Notes: generated by a model from the letters alone, not told the origin. Counted from the first letter of the stretch, positions 1-11,213 are shown. The stretch is DNA of 64,000 bases from an uncultured Candidatus Rokubacteria bacterium (GCA_963708025.1 CAVPSB010000031.1:1-64000), one strand, 5' to 3'. Numbers and translations are program-made.

Positions 1-114
1 GCCGCCCGGGTGCTCCAAGGCGTCTACATGCGCGGTGCGCACCGGCGTGGCATCGGCGGGGGCCGGACCGGGATGCTGACGGTGATCCAGCGCTTCGGGA
101 GCGGCGTGAATCTC
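1..114 (+). pseudogene. IS91/ISCR-like transposase fragment, truncated at GSGVNL
   Basis: Near-identical to ~8953-9065 (VLQGVYMRGAHRRGIGGGRTGMLTVIQRFGSGVNL); similarity stops at aatCTc (112-114). Confidence 0.85.
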
Positions 115-261
115 GCCCGCTCTTCGGTCGGGACCCGATGGAGTCGCTCGACCCACCGTTGGGCGTGCACGCTCAGTTTCGATGCGGCGCGCCCGCGCTG
201 CCCCAGGGAAGGTGAAGCGTCCTCGCCGCGTTCACGCCACACGCCGCGGTGCGCCCGGCCC

Positions 262-2325
262 TTAGGGTACCGGAGGTGACACCACGACGTTGTTCGCTTC
301 GTTCACCTCGGGCACGTTGTCGAGGTGATCCAGCACCGCAATGACGATGGCGCCGGCCAGGTCATCCACCCCTGGGAGCTTGACCTTCAACTTGACGACC
401 CGTTCCTCGCCCGCGTCCAGGGCGCGGACCTTTTCCGTCGTCAGGAACGTGTCGGTCTCGTCCAGCACCAAGTCCTCCGAGAGGTAGAAAGCCACCACCG
501 AGGGCACGGCGGTCCCCTCGGCCCCGGGATTGAAGACCCGCAGGGAGCCGCGGAGCGTGCACGACGGATGGCGTCTGGACCGATTGCAGTGCTGCTCGAC
601 CTCGAGCCACTCGCCGGAGAGCCCGCCGAGGCCCGTATTGACCGTCTCGCACGAGGTGAAGCTGTCGAGCGGGTCGAAGAAGCCGCCAGTGATCCGGCTC
701 CCCACACATACGTCGGTCCCCCGGCCTCCGTCCATGACGTCGAACCCGAGCGCTCCGCCGATCAGGACATCGTTCCCGGTGCCACCGATGAGGGTGTCGC
801 TCCCCCCGCCGCCGCAGATGATGTCATCGCCGTCGCCCCCGTCGATGATGTCATCGCCCCCGAGCCCGTGGATGACGTCGTTGACGGGCGTGGGCCCAAA
901 CTGGCCGAAGAGCTCATCGGGGCCATTGGTGCCGAGGATGGTGACGTTGGCGCCGTTGCAGGTGAAGGCGTGGTAGCGGGCAACGGCGAAATTCGGCTCG
1001 CCGACGGGTCCACTCGACCCGGCGACGACGATCCGGCCGTCGTTCGGCTGGATGGCGATCGCCGATGCGAAGTCCAACCGCGTCGTCGAGCCCGAGCTGA
1101 AGTCGGTGACGACCTGGCCGTCGCCATTGAACGTGCTATCGGGCGTTCCGTTGACGTGCAGTCGCGCCAGGGCAAAGTTGGCGTTCGCGGGGCCCGTCGC
1201 CTGGGCCACGGAGCCGGCCACGACGATCTTGCCATCGGGTTGAATGGCGACGGCCAGGGCGTCGCTAGGGGGGCCGAAGTCGATGGAGGTAAGCCCGTCC
1301 GCGGCAAAGGTCTCATCCAGGAAGCCGGACACCGGGTCGTAGCGCGCGACGCCCATGCGGGGTTGCTGGCCCACAATGTTGAGGTTGCGGATGTCTCCGA
1401 CCACCACGATCTTGCCGTCGGGCTGGATGGCAAGGCCATGTGCGGTGGCGAGGAAGCCGGGTCCAAAGGAGGTGCCGAGGGCGCCGTTCAGGGAACCAAG
1501 GCCGAGGACCTCGTCGACGCCGGTGGTCGTGAACCGTGTAACGGCAAAGCGGCCGTCCGTCGTCCCGCCGACCACGATCCTGCCGTCGGCCTGGATGGCG
1601 ACCGCCCTGGCGGTATCATTGCCGCCGAAGTTTCTCGTGACGATGCCGGTGCCGGGGAGCCCGAATGTGGTATCCAACGTGCCGTTCGTGTTCAATCGCG
1701 CCACGGCGAAGTTGCCGGCCGTACTCCCGACCACCACGATCCGGCCGTCGGCCTGGATGGCGAGGCCGGCGGCTCCGCTGCCGCTTGCACCGAAGCTCAT
1801 CGTGAGCCGGCCGTCACCGCTGAATGTGGCGTCCAGCGTCCCGTCGGCATTGTAACGGGCGACGGCCACCGAAGTGCCCGCGCTGCCGGCGACGACGATC
1901 CTGCCGTCGGCCTGGATGGCGACGCCCGACGCCTCGTCGCTCGCGGTACCGAAGTCGGTCGTGACGATTCCAACGCCGCCGCCGAACGACGGGTCGAGGG
2001 TGCCGTTGGCGAGGTATCGCGCGACGGCGAAGTCACCCGCCACCCCCGGCTGCGTGAAAACGCCTCCCGCGGCGACGATCCGGCCATCGGCCTGGATCGC
2101 CACCGCAGTGAAGCGCGCGTTGCCCGGAAGGCCCGTGATGACCTTGCCGTCGCCGCTGAAGCTCGTGTCGAGATCGCCGGGCGCTGCGTGCGCGGCGCTC
2201 ACGAGACCAAGCGCCAAGAAGAGCGACAGGACCGTCCCCATCACGTCTCTGCTTTCACGGCTCTCCACCAGTGACCGACAGCCCACTTGACCCTCGAGGG
2301 CGTGCTTGCCTTTGAGCGTGGTCAT
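262..2325 (-). CDS. Secreted delta-60 repeat protein with hemolysin-type Ca-binding repeats and C-terminal CARDB-like domain
   Basis: Repeated GxLDxTFxGDG and AIQADGRIVVAG units, GGxGxD nonapeptides, ExNExNN C-terminus; signal peptide from M29 (alternative start 2241). Confidence 0.85.
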   Translation of the reverse strand: MTTLKGKHALEGQVGCRSLVESRESRDVMGTVLSLFLALGLVSAAHAAPGDLDTSFSGDGKVITGLPGNARFTAVAIQADGRIVAAGGVFTQPGVAGDFAVARYLANGTLDPSFGGGVGIVTTDFGTASDEASGVAIQADGRIVVAGSAGTSVAVARYNADGTLDATFSGDGRLTMSFGASGSGAAGLAIQADGRIVVVGSTAGNFAVARLNTNGTLDTTFGLPGTGIVTRNFGGNDTARAVAIQADGRIVVGGTTDGRFAVTRFTTTGVDEVLGLGSLNGALGTSFGPGFLATAHGLAIQPDGKIVVVGDIRNLNIVGQQPRMGVARYDPVSGFLDETFAADGLTSIDFGPPSDALAVAIQPDGKIVVAGSVAQATGPANANFALARLHVNGTPDSTFNGDGQVVTDFSSGSTTRLDFASAIAIQPNDGRIVVAGSSGPVGEPNFAVARYHAFTCNGANVTILGTNGPDELFGQFGPTPVNDVIHGLGGDDIIDGGDGDDIICGGGGSDTLIGGTGNDVLIGGALGFDVMDGGRGTDVCVGSRITGGFFDPLDSFTSCETVNTGLGGLSGEWLEVEQHCNRSRRHPSCTLRGSLRVFNPGAEGTAVPSVVAFYLSEDLVLDETDTFLTTEKVRALDAGEERVVKLKVKLPGVDDLAGAIVIAVLDHLDNVPEVNEANNVVVSPPVP

Positions 2326-2495
2326 CGCGTCTCCTCCTCTTCGCTCTGGATGTGGTCGGCCCCCACCATGCGCGCGATCAACGTCGCGATGGCGGCGACT
2401 CCCTCGAACCGCTTCTTCTCTCCGGTCCGCATCCGCTCCACGACCCCGGTCACCTGGCCGGCCTCGTCGAGGGAGAGCCGGACGATGAAGGTCAT
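2322..2495 (-). CDS. 57-aa hypothetical protein (MTFIVRLSLDEAGQVTGVVERMRTGEKKRF...)
   Basis: Read by hand; ATGA overlaps with both neighbouring ORFs. Confidence 0.6.
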   Translation of the reverse strand: MTFIVRLSLDEAGQVTGVVERMRTGEKKRFEGVAAIATLIARMVGADHIQSEEEETR

Positions 2496-2593
2496 GCGCT
2501 TGCCCGGAGTCCGCGGGGACGGGGTGGCCGGGCGGGCCAGGGCAGATCCGGATACCGGTCGCGCAGCGCCTCCAGCTCCTGTTGGGTGACCAT
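2492..2593 (-). CDS. 33-aa small ORF (MVTQQELEALRDRYPDLPWPARPPRPRGLRASA)
   Basis: Strong RBS AAGGAGGT upstream of ATG 2593; stop overlaps the next ATG. Confidence 0.5.
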   Translation of the reverse strand: MVTQQELEALRDRYPDLPWPARPPRPRGLRASA

Positions 2594-2732
2594 GTGAGAC
2601 CTCCTTCGCGCCCGAGGGTAAGGGGGCGCCGTTACGGGCCCGTCCAGGTGAGCGTTAAACGCCCGTCGAGCACCGGACTTGGCCCGCCATCCGGGGAGTG
2701 CTATGGTCGCCGTGGCCCCTGGCCGGTGGCCG

Positions 2733-5700
2733 ATGGCATCCCTCCAGCTCACCCTCTTGGGCGGCTTCCAGGCCCGGATCGGATCGGGCCCCGCCCTCCC
2801 CCTGCCGACGCGGAAGGCCCAGGCGTTGCTCGCCTACCTCGCCCTCTCCGCCGGGCGGGCGCATCCGCGCGACAAGCTGGCGACCCTGCTCTGGGGAGAC
2901 AGCCCCGAGGGCCAGGCCCGCAACAGCCTCCGCCAGGCGCTGTTCGCGCTGCGGCGGGCGCTGCCCGCCGGCGGGGTGCGCGTGGAGGGGGACGCGGTCG
3001 CGGTGGACCCGGCGGCGGTGGAGGTGGACGTGGCGGCGTTCGAGCGAGGGGTCGCCGAGGGGACGCCGGCGGCGCTGGAGGCGGCGGTGCCGCTCTACCA
3101 GGGGGACCTGCTGGCGGGGCTGAGCGTGGAGGGGGCCGGGGGCTTCGAGGAGTGGCTGCTGGGGGAACGGGAGCGGCTCCGGGAGCTGGCGCTGGAGGGG
3201 CTGGCGAAGCTCCTGGCGCACCAGAGGAGCGCCGCCCAGACGGAGCCGGCGATCCAGACGGGGCTCAAGCTCTCGAGCCTGGACCCGTTGCAGGAGCCGG
3301 TGCACCGCACGCTGATGCGCCTCTACGCCCAGACTGGCCGGCGGGGCGCCGCGCTGCGCCAGTACCAGCAGTGCGTGGGGGTGCTCCAGCGCGAGCTGGG
3401 GGTGGAGCCGGAAGCGGAGACGAAGCAGCTCTACCAGGAGATCATCCGGCGCCGTGACGAGGCGCCGTCCAGCCGGACGGCGTTGGGGAAAGCCGGCCAG
3501 GAACTGACGCGCCGGGTGCCGCTGGGGGCCCGTCCGGAGGCGGTGACCACCGAGACATCGCTGATCGGCCGCGACGTCGAGCTGGCCACGCTGCGGAATG
3601 CGCTGGCCGAGGCCGGCGGGGGCCGCGGCCGCGCCGTCGCGGTCCTGGGTGAGGCCGGCGTCGGCAAGACCCGCCTCCTCGTGGAAGTGGCGACTGAAGC
3701 CCGCCAGGGCGGCCGCCACGTCTTGTTCGGCCGGGCCTATGAAAGTGCCCAGATTCTGCCGTTCGGTCCCTGGGTCGATGCCTTCCGCACGGGTGGGCTG
3801 ATCGCCGAGGAGGTCATGGTCAGCGGGCTGAACCCCGTCTGGCGGGCGGAGCTGGCCCGGCTGTTTCCAGAGCTCGCGGGGCCGGGGCTGCCCGCGCCCA
3901 GCGACGACTACCTCCGCCTCTTCGAGAGTGTCGCCTATCTCGTCGCGCACGTCGCCGCCACCCAGCCGCTCGCGCTCATGCTCGAGGACTTGCACTGGGC
4001 CGACGAGATGAGCCTGCGGCTGCTGTCGTTCCTGGGCCGTCGCGTGCAGGCGTGGCCCGTGCTGGTGGTGGCAACGGCGCGGGAGGAGGAGCTGGCCGAC
4101 GCCGACACCCTGCGCCGGGTGCTCGGGGAGCTCCGAGGCGAGGGCCACTTTGGTGAGCTACTGCTCTCGCCGCTGTCGCGCCCCGACACGTCCAGGCTCG
4201 TGCGGTGCCTCACCGTGGCGGGCAGCGATGCGGGCACCGTCGCGTGGCTGGAGGAGCAAGCGTGGGCCGCCAGCGAGGGCAACCCGTTCGTGGTCGTCGA
4301 GACCGTGCGGGCGCTGCGGGAGGGGCTGACGCTCCAGGAGCCGGCGACCCTGTCGCTGCCCCAGCGCGTCCGGGATGTCATCGCCGGACGCGTCGCGCGC
4401 TTGAGCGAGGGGAGCCGGCAGCTCCTCTCGGTGGCGGCCGTCATCGGGCGCGAGTTCGACTTCGCGCTCCTGCAGCGGGCCAGCCGGCTCCCCGAGCGCG
4501 ATGCGGCCGAGGGCGTGGAGGAGCTGGTGCGGCGGCGGATGCTGCACGGCGTGGACGAGGGCTTCGACTTCACGCACGACCGCATCCGCGAGGTGGTGTA
4601 CGGCGGGCTCCTGCCGCCGCGGCGAAAGCTTCTGCACGGTGACGTGGCCGTGGCCCTCGAAGCGCTCACCGCCGGCGCGCTCGATCCCCCCGCCGGCGCG
4701 CTCGGCAGGCACTACCGGCACGCCGAGGTCTGGGACAAGGCGGTCTTCCATCTCCGGGAGGCTGGACTCAAGGCCTTGGCCCGCTCGTCCAACCGGGAGG
4801 CGGTCGCGTACTTCGAGCAGGCGCTGGCCGCCCTGAGCCATCTGCCCGAGACGCGCGAGACGCTGGAGCAGGCCGTCGATCTACGATTCGACCTTCGGAC
4901 GTCGCTCTTCCCGCTGGGCGAGGTGCGAAGCATCCTCGGGCATCTCCGGGAGGCAGAACGCCTGGCCCGGAGGCTTGACGACCAGCGACGGATCGGCCGC
5001 GTCTCGGTCTACATGAGCCACCTGCTCCACGCGACCGGCCGCCCGAACGAGGCCCGCGAGTTCGGACAGAGGGCCCGAGTCATCGCCGAGGCGCTGGGGG
5101 ATTTAGCGATCAAGGTCGGGGCGACCTTCTACATCGGTGCCTCCTGCTACTTCATGGGCGACTATGGGACGGGCCGCGATTTTCTCCAGGAGACCGTGCA
5201 GTCCCTCGAAGGGGATCTCGGCCGCGAGCGCTACGGCCTGGTCGGGCTCCCCGCCGTGATGGCCCGCACCTATCTGACGTGGATTCACGCCGAGCGCGGA
5301 GAGTTCGAGGCGGCGCTCGTCCAGGGCCGTGATGGCGTCCGCCTCGCCGAGGCGGTGGATCATCCCTATAGCCTGATCATCGCCTGCTGGGGCCTGTTGT
5401 ACCTCCACGCCGGCCGACAGGAGCTTGGCGAGGTTGACCAGCTCAGCAAACGCGCTCTTGCTTTGGCCCGTCAGTGGGACATTCCCCTCCCGTCAGCGAT
5501 TACCACGGGAATCGTGGGTCACGCGTATGCTCTTGCCGGGCGGATTGCCGACGGCCTCGGGCTGCTCGAGGAGTCGGTCCGGCTGCACGAGTTGTCCGGC
5601 TTGGTATACTACCACTCGCTCATCGTCGCCTATCTCGCCGAGGCGTACCTGCTCGCCGGCCGGCCCGATGATGCGCTCGTATTCGGTGAGCAGGCCCTCG

Positions 5701-6011
5701 GGCTTGCCCGCAAGCGCGGCGAGCGCGGCTTCGAGGCATGGTGCCTCCGAACGCTCGGCGAGATCGCGGCGCACGCCGACCCGCCTCATGTCGAGCGCGC
5801 CCAGGGCCGCTATCGAGAGGCGCTGGCGCTCGCCACCGAGCTGCGTATGCGCCCTCTCGCCGCCCATTGCCACCTCGGCCTCGGCACGCTCTACCGACGA
5901 ACTGGGATTCGGGCGAAGGCCGAGGAGCATCTGAACAGTGCTAGCACGATGTACAGGGAGATGAATATGGGCTTCTGGCTGGCCCAGGCGGAGGCGGCAA
6001 TGACTGAATAG
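2733..6011 (+). CDS. SARP/AfsR-like regulator (wHTH-BTAD + AAA ATPase + TPR)
   Basis: LTLLGGF...KAQALLAYL, LYQGDLL, DPLQEPVHR; Walker A GEAGVGKT; LEDLHWAD; GNPF; TPR tail. Confidence 0.9.
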   Translation: MASLQLTLLGGFQARIGSGPALPLPTRKAQALLAYLALSAGRAHPRDKLATLLWGDSPEGQARNSLRQALFALRRALPAGGVRVEGDAVAVDPAAVEVDVAAFERGVAEGTPAALEAAVPLYQGDLLAGLSVEGAGGFEEWLLGERERLRELALEGLAKLLAHQRSAAQTEPAIQTGLKLSSLDPLQEPVHRTLMRLYAQTGRRGAALRQYQQCVGVLQRELGVEPEAETKQLYQEIIRRRDEAPSSRTALGKAGQELTRRVPLGARPEAVTTETSLIGRDVELATLRNALAEAGGGRGRAVAVLGEAGVGKTRLLVEVATEARQGGRHVLFGRAYESAQILPFGPWVDAFRTGGLIAEEVMVSGLNPVWRAELARLFPELAGPGLPAPSDDYLRLFESVAYLVAHVAATQPLALMLEDLHWADEMSLRLLSFLGRRVQAWPVLVVATAREEELADADTLRRVLGELRGEGHFGELLLSPLSRPDTSRLVRCLTVAGSDAGTVAWLEEQAWAASEGNPFVVVETVRALREGLTLQEPATLSLPQRVRDVIAGRVARLSEGSRQLLSVAAVIGREFDFALLQRASRLPERDAAEGVEELVRRRMLHGVDEGFDFTHDRIREVVYGGLLPPRRKLLHGDVAVALEALTAGALDPPAGALGRHYRHAEVWDKAVFHLREAGLKALARSSNREAVAYFEQALAALSHLPETRETLEQAVDLRFDLRTSLFPLGEVRSILGHLREAERLARRLDDQRRIGRVSVYMSHLLHATGRPNEAREFGQRARVIAEALGDLAIKVGATFYIGASCYFMGDYGTGRDFLQETVQSLEGDLGRERYGLVGLPAVMARTYLTWIHAERGEFEAALVQGRDGVRLAEAVDHPYSLIIACWGLLYLHAGRQELGEVDQLSKRALALARQWDIPLPSAITTGIVGHAYALAGRIADGLGLLEESVRLHELSGLVYYHSLIVAYLAEAYLLAGRPDDALVFGEQALGLARKRGERGFEAWCLRTLGEIAAHADPPHVERAQGRYREALALATELRMRPLAAHCHLGLGTLYRRTGIRAKAEEHLNSASTMYREMNMGFWLAQAEAAMTE

Positions 6012-6192
6012 ATGACCGGGACTATCGGGAGTGCCAAGACCGGAAAGTGGGGCGGTGTACATAGCCTCGGGCGGCTGCTCTTGCCGGCGCCGTTCGGGCC
6101 GAGGTCATCCGCGGCGAGGCTGGCTCGTGCTCCAGGCCGGCTCGGTCTCCTACGGCAAGGCGACGTCCTACCTGCCGGTGATCGGCCGGGAG

Positions 6193-6422
6193 TCACAGGA
6201 ACGTGCGGAACTCCTCCTCGGTCAGCCCGGCCTGCTGGACGACCTTGCGGACGGTGAGCGGGGCGAGCTCGCGGTTGTGGAAGGCAACGACCAGACGCCG
6301 GGGAGGGGACCGGGAGCGCGCAGGTGAACGTGACTGCCCGTCTGGTGGTGGATCGAGAAGCCCGCCCGCTGGAGCGCCGCGATCAGTTGCCGCGGCGTCA
6401 GAGCCGGGAGCCGGTCAGTCAC
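6193..6422 (-). CDS. hicA: HicA-family toxin (1-nt frameshift near 6310)
   Basis: LIAALQRAGFSIHHQTGSHVHL then, in a shifted frame, LVVAFHNRELAPLTVRKVVQQAGLTEEEFRTFL*. Confidence 0.8.
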
Positions 6423-6670
6423 GCGGGGAGGGCGACCCGGATCTTCTCTTGCAACAGCGCGGGCTCTTCAGGTATCGGCTCGCCGTCCTTGATGAGGCCT
6501 TCGAGGTAACACCGGATAGCGTCCTCGGCCATTGTCCGCGCTTCGTCGATCGTCCTTCCTTCCGTGACGAGCCCGGGCAGGGCGGGCACGGACACGGTGT
6601 ACCCACCGGCCTCGTTGGGCTCGAAAATCACGGTGTACGTGTAGTCCGGCACGCATGCATTGTACCGCAT
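6419..6670 (-). CDS. hicB: HicB-family antitoxin (short, no DNA-binding domain)
   Basis: YTVIFEPNEAGGYTVSVPALPGLVTEGRTIDEARTMAEDAI; overlaps hicA start; real start may be GTG ~6652. Confidence 0.85.
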   Translation of the reverse strand: MRYNACVPDYTYTVIFEPNEAGGYTVSVPALPGLVTEGRTIDEARTMAEDAIRCYLEGLIKDGEPIPEEPALLQEKIRVALPA

Positions 6671-6749
6671 CGCACTGGGACGGCACCGGGCGATGAACGC
6701 AGCCCGCGACCTCGCTCAGGCCGAGCTTCCCGAAGGTCCCCGCGCCGGC

Positions 6750-6956
6750 CCGGCGGAGGCGTGGACCCTCCGCCTCCTGGGTGAGATCGCCTCGCATCAT
6801 GACCGTCCCGACGTGGCGACGGCCGGGGCCCACCACGGCGCCGCCATGGCCCTGGCCTCCGAGTTCGGCATGCGCCCCCTCGCCTTCCACTGCCACCTCG
6901 GCCTCGGCAAGCTCTACCGCCGCACCGCCGGCGGAGTAAGGGCCCAGGGGCACCTC
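6750..6956 (+). pseudogene. Fragment of a TPR C-terminus of the SARP/adenylate-cyclase type
   Basis: EAWTLRLLGEIA...[20 protein letters not shown] parallels the end of 2733-6011. Confidence 0.7.
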
Positions 6957-8053
6957 GATGACGGCCTCCTCGCGGCCCTCCTCGACCGACTCCAGCTCGA
7001 TCTTGCCCCGCATCGAGGCGACGATGGCCGGCAGGTCGGTGATCCGGGGGGCGGCCATCTTCTCGCCGAGCCGGAGCGCGCGGCGGAGCGCCGTGCTCCG
7101 GAGGGTCTCGTCGTTGGCGATGCTGACTCGCACGCTGACGCCCGAGCGCTGGTTGACCTCCCCGCTCTTGCGGGCCAGCGCGCTGATCTCGGCCACGATC
7201 TCGGCCAGGTAGTCCGGCATCGCGACGCGCGCCTCGGCGTCGCCGAGCCGGGTGCGCTCCTGCTCGATGATGGCGCGCTCGTCCCGCAGGGTCGGGGGTA
7301 GTGCGTCCGCACCTGGGCCCCGAAGCGGTCCTTCAGCGGGGTGATGATGCGGCCGCGGTTGGTGTAGTCCTCGGGGTTGGCGGTGGCGAAGATCAGGAGG
7401 TCGAGCGGGAGCCGGATCCGGTAGCCCTTGATCTGGACGTCGCGCTCCTCCATCAGGTTGAACAGGCCGACCTGGATCCGCTCGGGCAGGTCCGGCAGCT
7501 CGTTCACGCAGAAGATGCCGCGGTTGGTGCGCGGGACCAGGCCATAGTGGATGGTCAGCTCGTCCGAGAGGTAGCGGCCCTCGGCGACCTTGATCGGGTC
7601 CACGTCGCCGATGAGGTCGGCCATCGAGACGTCGGGGGTGGCGAGCTTCTCGCCGTAGCGCGCCTCGCGCGGCAGCCAGTCGAGGGCGACCTCGTCGCCG
7701 TCCTCGGCGACGCGCCGCTTCGCCGCCGGGCTCACTGGGGCGAACGGGCTGTCGTTCAGCTCGCTGCCGGCCACGACGGGGATCTCGGCGTCCAGCAGGC
7801 TGACCATGGCGCGGATCAACCGGGACTTGGCCTGGCCGCGCTCGCCGAGGACGATGACGTTCTGGCCCGCCAGGAGCGCGTTCGCCAGCTCCGGGATGAC
7901 GGTGTCCTGGTAGCCGACGATGCCGGGGAAGAGCGCCTCGCCGGCCTCGAGCTTCCGGACGAGGTTGGCGTGGACCTCCTCGCGGACGGTCCTCGGCCGG
8001 TAGCCGGACCGGCGCAGCTCACCCAGCGTGCGGGGCCTGACGGGATCGGACAT
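6955..8053 (-). pseudogene. Mg-chelatase ChlI-like/MoxR-type AAA+ ATPase, frameshifted near 7290 and 3'-truncated
   Basis: [36 protein letters not shown], continuing SGVSVR...GKIELES. Confidence 0.8.
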
Positions 8054-9107
8054 TCGGGCCTCCTCGGCGCCCCGGTCGGGGGCGCCCGGGAGGCGGCCGA
8101 CCTGCCGATCGGTCTGCTGCGTGACCACGGTCTGCTCGCCCGGCACGCGCCGAGTCACCCTGGCTCTTCCTGTACCAGGACGCCGAGGGCGTCACTGGGC
8201 TTCAAGTGCCCCCGTCCTCCAGACAGGAGACACAGAGCGTGAAGGGATGCCCCCCTGGCGGCGCTCATGCCTAGGAGCGGCCGCGCACGTCTAGCGTGTC
8301 CTGGCCGACCCGCGGCTCGCGGGCTCCTTACGATGGTGTCGAGCCCCGTTGACCCGCCGGGTCTCACCGGCCCGACCGGTGTCCGCATCTGTGGACGCCC
8401 CGTATCGATCCGTGAACGCGGTGTGTCGCTGCGCGCGGGCCTCCGCGGGCCGCAACCTCGCCACCGAGCGGTGGGCCCGAGTGCGGCGCCGGCCGGGCAT
8501 GGCCCATGCTTGCGCCACGGCCGATGCCTCTGTCCTGCGCCGCCGCGCCGAGCTACGAGCCCCGCACGCCCGAGACGTCGATCCTCTATCGCACCGTCCA
8601 GGCCCACCTCGAGAGCTTCCTCGCCCGCACGGCGGGGGAGGACGGCCGACCGGGACTCCCGGGGTTCGTGACGCGGGAGTTCGAGGCCTACCTTCGGTGC
8701 GGGATCCTGGCCCACGGCTTCGCCCGGGTCCGCTGTGAAGGCTGCGCGTTCGAGCGTCTGGTGCCCTTCTCGTGCAAAGGGCGCGGCTTCTGCCCGAGCT
8801 GCGGGGGCCGGCGGATGACCGAGCGCGCCGCCCATCTGGTCGAGGCGGTCCTGCCGCGGGTGCCGGTGCGCCAGTGGGTGCTCACGCTGCCCTACCGGCT
8901 GCGGTATCGGCTCGCGTGGGACCACGGCTTGGCGCGCGCGGTGCTGGGCGTCTACGCCCGGGTGCTCCAGGCCTTCTACGTGCGCGGTGCGCACCGGCGT
9001 GGCATCGGCGGGGGCCGGACCGGGATGCTGACGGTGATCCAGCGCTTCGGGAGCGGCGTGAATCTGAAGAGACACTCATGGTACCTGCCTTTCTCAAGTG
9101 TGCGTGG

Positions 9108-11213
9108 TTATTGAAAGAGCGAGGGCTGCGCGGTCGACGTGTCCCCCGGCAGAACGAGCTCGCCCGTTCGGCGCAGGTGCTCGAGGATGCTGCGGATGGG
9201 CTCGGCTTGTAGATCGGCACGTCGAATCTCCCACGGGGCCCAGGGCGCGAGCTGCTCCACCTTGAGCAGGCCGGCGGCGACCAAGCGCTTGATCGTGGTG
9301 TCGCTCACCTGGAATTCTCTGGCCGCTCGCCCGAGGCTCAAGATCTCCGGATCTGGTGTGGCCCGAGTCTGGCCAGCGATGTGGTGATTGCGCCGCGCCG
9401 TGGCCACCCGCTCCTGGTTCCAGCGCTTGCCTTTGCCGGTCCGGCGCCCCAGCCTGTTCAAGACTCGGGCGATCTCATCGTCGCCGTAGCGCGCGGCCAG
9501 GCGCCGGATCAGCTCGAGATCCTCGAGCGCGGTGGGCCGACCCACGCCCGATCGCGGCTTTGGGCATCGTGAACGCCGTGTGCGTTCCCCCGGTCCAGTG
9601 CATGACGAACGTGAGCGTGTCGGTGGCCTCGTCATGCGTCACGATGATCTCCTCGAGCACCGTGCGCAGAATCTTCTTCTTCAGCTCCGGCGGACACGCC
9701 GAACTCTCCCACACCTCGGCGAAGTGTTCGCCCAGCGCCAGCACCGCGGCTCGCTCGTCCTCGCTCAGCACGGGCCCCTCCTGCTCCAGCTCGGTGAGCG
9801 TCGCCCGCAGCCGTTCGACTTCCGCGAGCGCCGCATTCCATCGCCGCTCCAGCTCCGCGGCCACCAAGCGGTGGCGCGCATCCACGGCGTTGTACTGCTC
9901 GAAGGCGCGGCGCGCCTCGTACTCCGCCTGCTTCGAGCTGGCGGCCGAGCGCGTCCCGGCGCGCGCTGTCCTTCACCGTGAGTTGCTCCAGCGCGTGGAG
10001 GCTGGCGCGCACCCCGAGCGGCGACAGCACGCCGAGCACTTCCTCCGTGATCCGGCGATCCACCGTGCTGCCCCCGAAGCCCAGGCAGTACCGCCCGCCG
10101 GCCTGGAAGTCCCCGAGGCACAGATAGCGCGCCGCCGTCCCGTGCTTGCCCCAGTACCGGACGTGCAGCTTTCGCCCACACCGCCCGCAGCGGAGCAGCC
10201 GCGCCACGAGTCCGAGCCCCGCCCGGATCGCGCCGGTGCCCTCCTCGCGCTCCTGCCGCAAGTTGTTGCGTCGCATGCGTCGCTGATGCTCTTCGTACAT
10301 CGCCCAGTCAATATAGCCCTCGTGATGGTCGGCGAGGAAGACTCGCGCGTCCGTCGGCCGCCGCAGTCGCCCCTGGCGTCGTGCGCGGGCGGCCGTCCAC
10401 CAGCCGGACCTCCACGGGACGGCGGCCATAGACGTAGGCGCCCGCGTAGATGGGGTTGTGCAGCACGTCGCCGATGAAGCTGAGGGTGGGAAGCTGGAAC
10501 ACCAGGTCGATGCGGCCGTGGCGCGCGCGGTTCACCGGCAGCTCGATGCCGTGGTCGTGGAACCACTTGAAGGTCTGCCGGGCGCTCCACGTCTGCCGGA
10601 ACGTCTGGAAGATGAGGGCGATGGCCTCCTGCACCCGCAGGTTGGGATCCTTCACGACCTTGCCGCTGCCGTCGGTGACATAGCCCGGCGCCAGGATGCG
10701 GATCAACTCCCCGCGCTGGGCCTTGGCCTCCATCCCGGCCCCGAGCCGCTGCTTCAACACCTTGAGTTCGACGACGCTCAGGGTGCCTTTGATCCCGAGG
10801 ACCAGTTGATCATCGAGGAGATTCACGTCGTAGACGTGCTCGTGATCCCCCACCAGCGTGTCGAAGATCCCGCACAGCTCGAGCAGGTGACACCAATCCT
10901 TGTCGGTGCGCGACAGTCGGGACAGCTCACGACTGAGGACGATGCCCACTTCGCCGAGCGCCACCGCGGCCAGCAGGCGGTCGAAGCCGTCCCGCGGGGG
11001 CGCCCCCACGGAGGCGCTCCATCCCAGGTCCGCATCGATGACGTCGACCTCTCGCCACCCCAGCGCCCGCGCCCGATCGGCCAGCGCGTACTGCAAGCGT
11101 TGGCTCTCGAGGTTGTGTTGGACTTGGCCGGGCGACGATTGCCGCAGATACACGACGGCCTTCCGGGCCAGCCGCTCTGCGGTGAGCTTAGGATTCGCGA
11201 CCACGGTCGTCAT
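9108..11213 (-). CDS. Large serine recombinase (resolvase + recombinase + Zn ribbon + C-terminal HTH); frameshifts near 10380, 9930, 9550
   Basis: AVVYLRQSS, SRLSR, NPIYAGAY, LRCGRCGRKL, LERRWN. Confidence 0.9.

Noticed and set aside
325-2274. Long antisense or alternate-frame ORFs (also 14924-16147, 45527-47056, 58231-60705)
   Set aside because: Shadow ORFs of high-GC coding sequence with no recognisable motifs
8160-8520. terIS / left boundary of the IS91-like element
   Set aside because: Hairpins are present but there is no second copy in the window to fix the boundary
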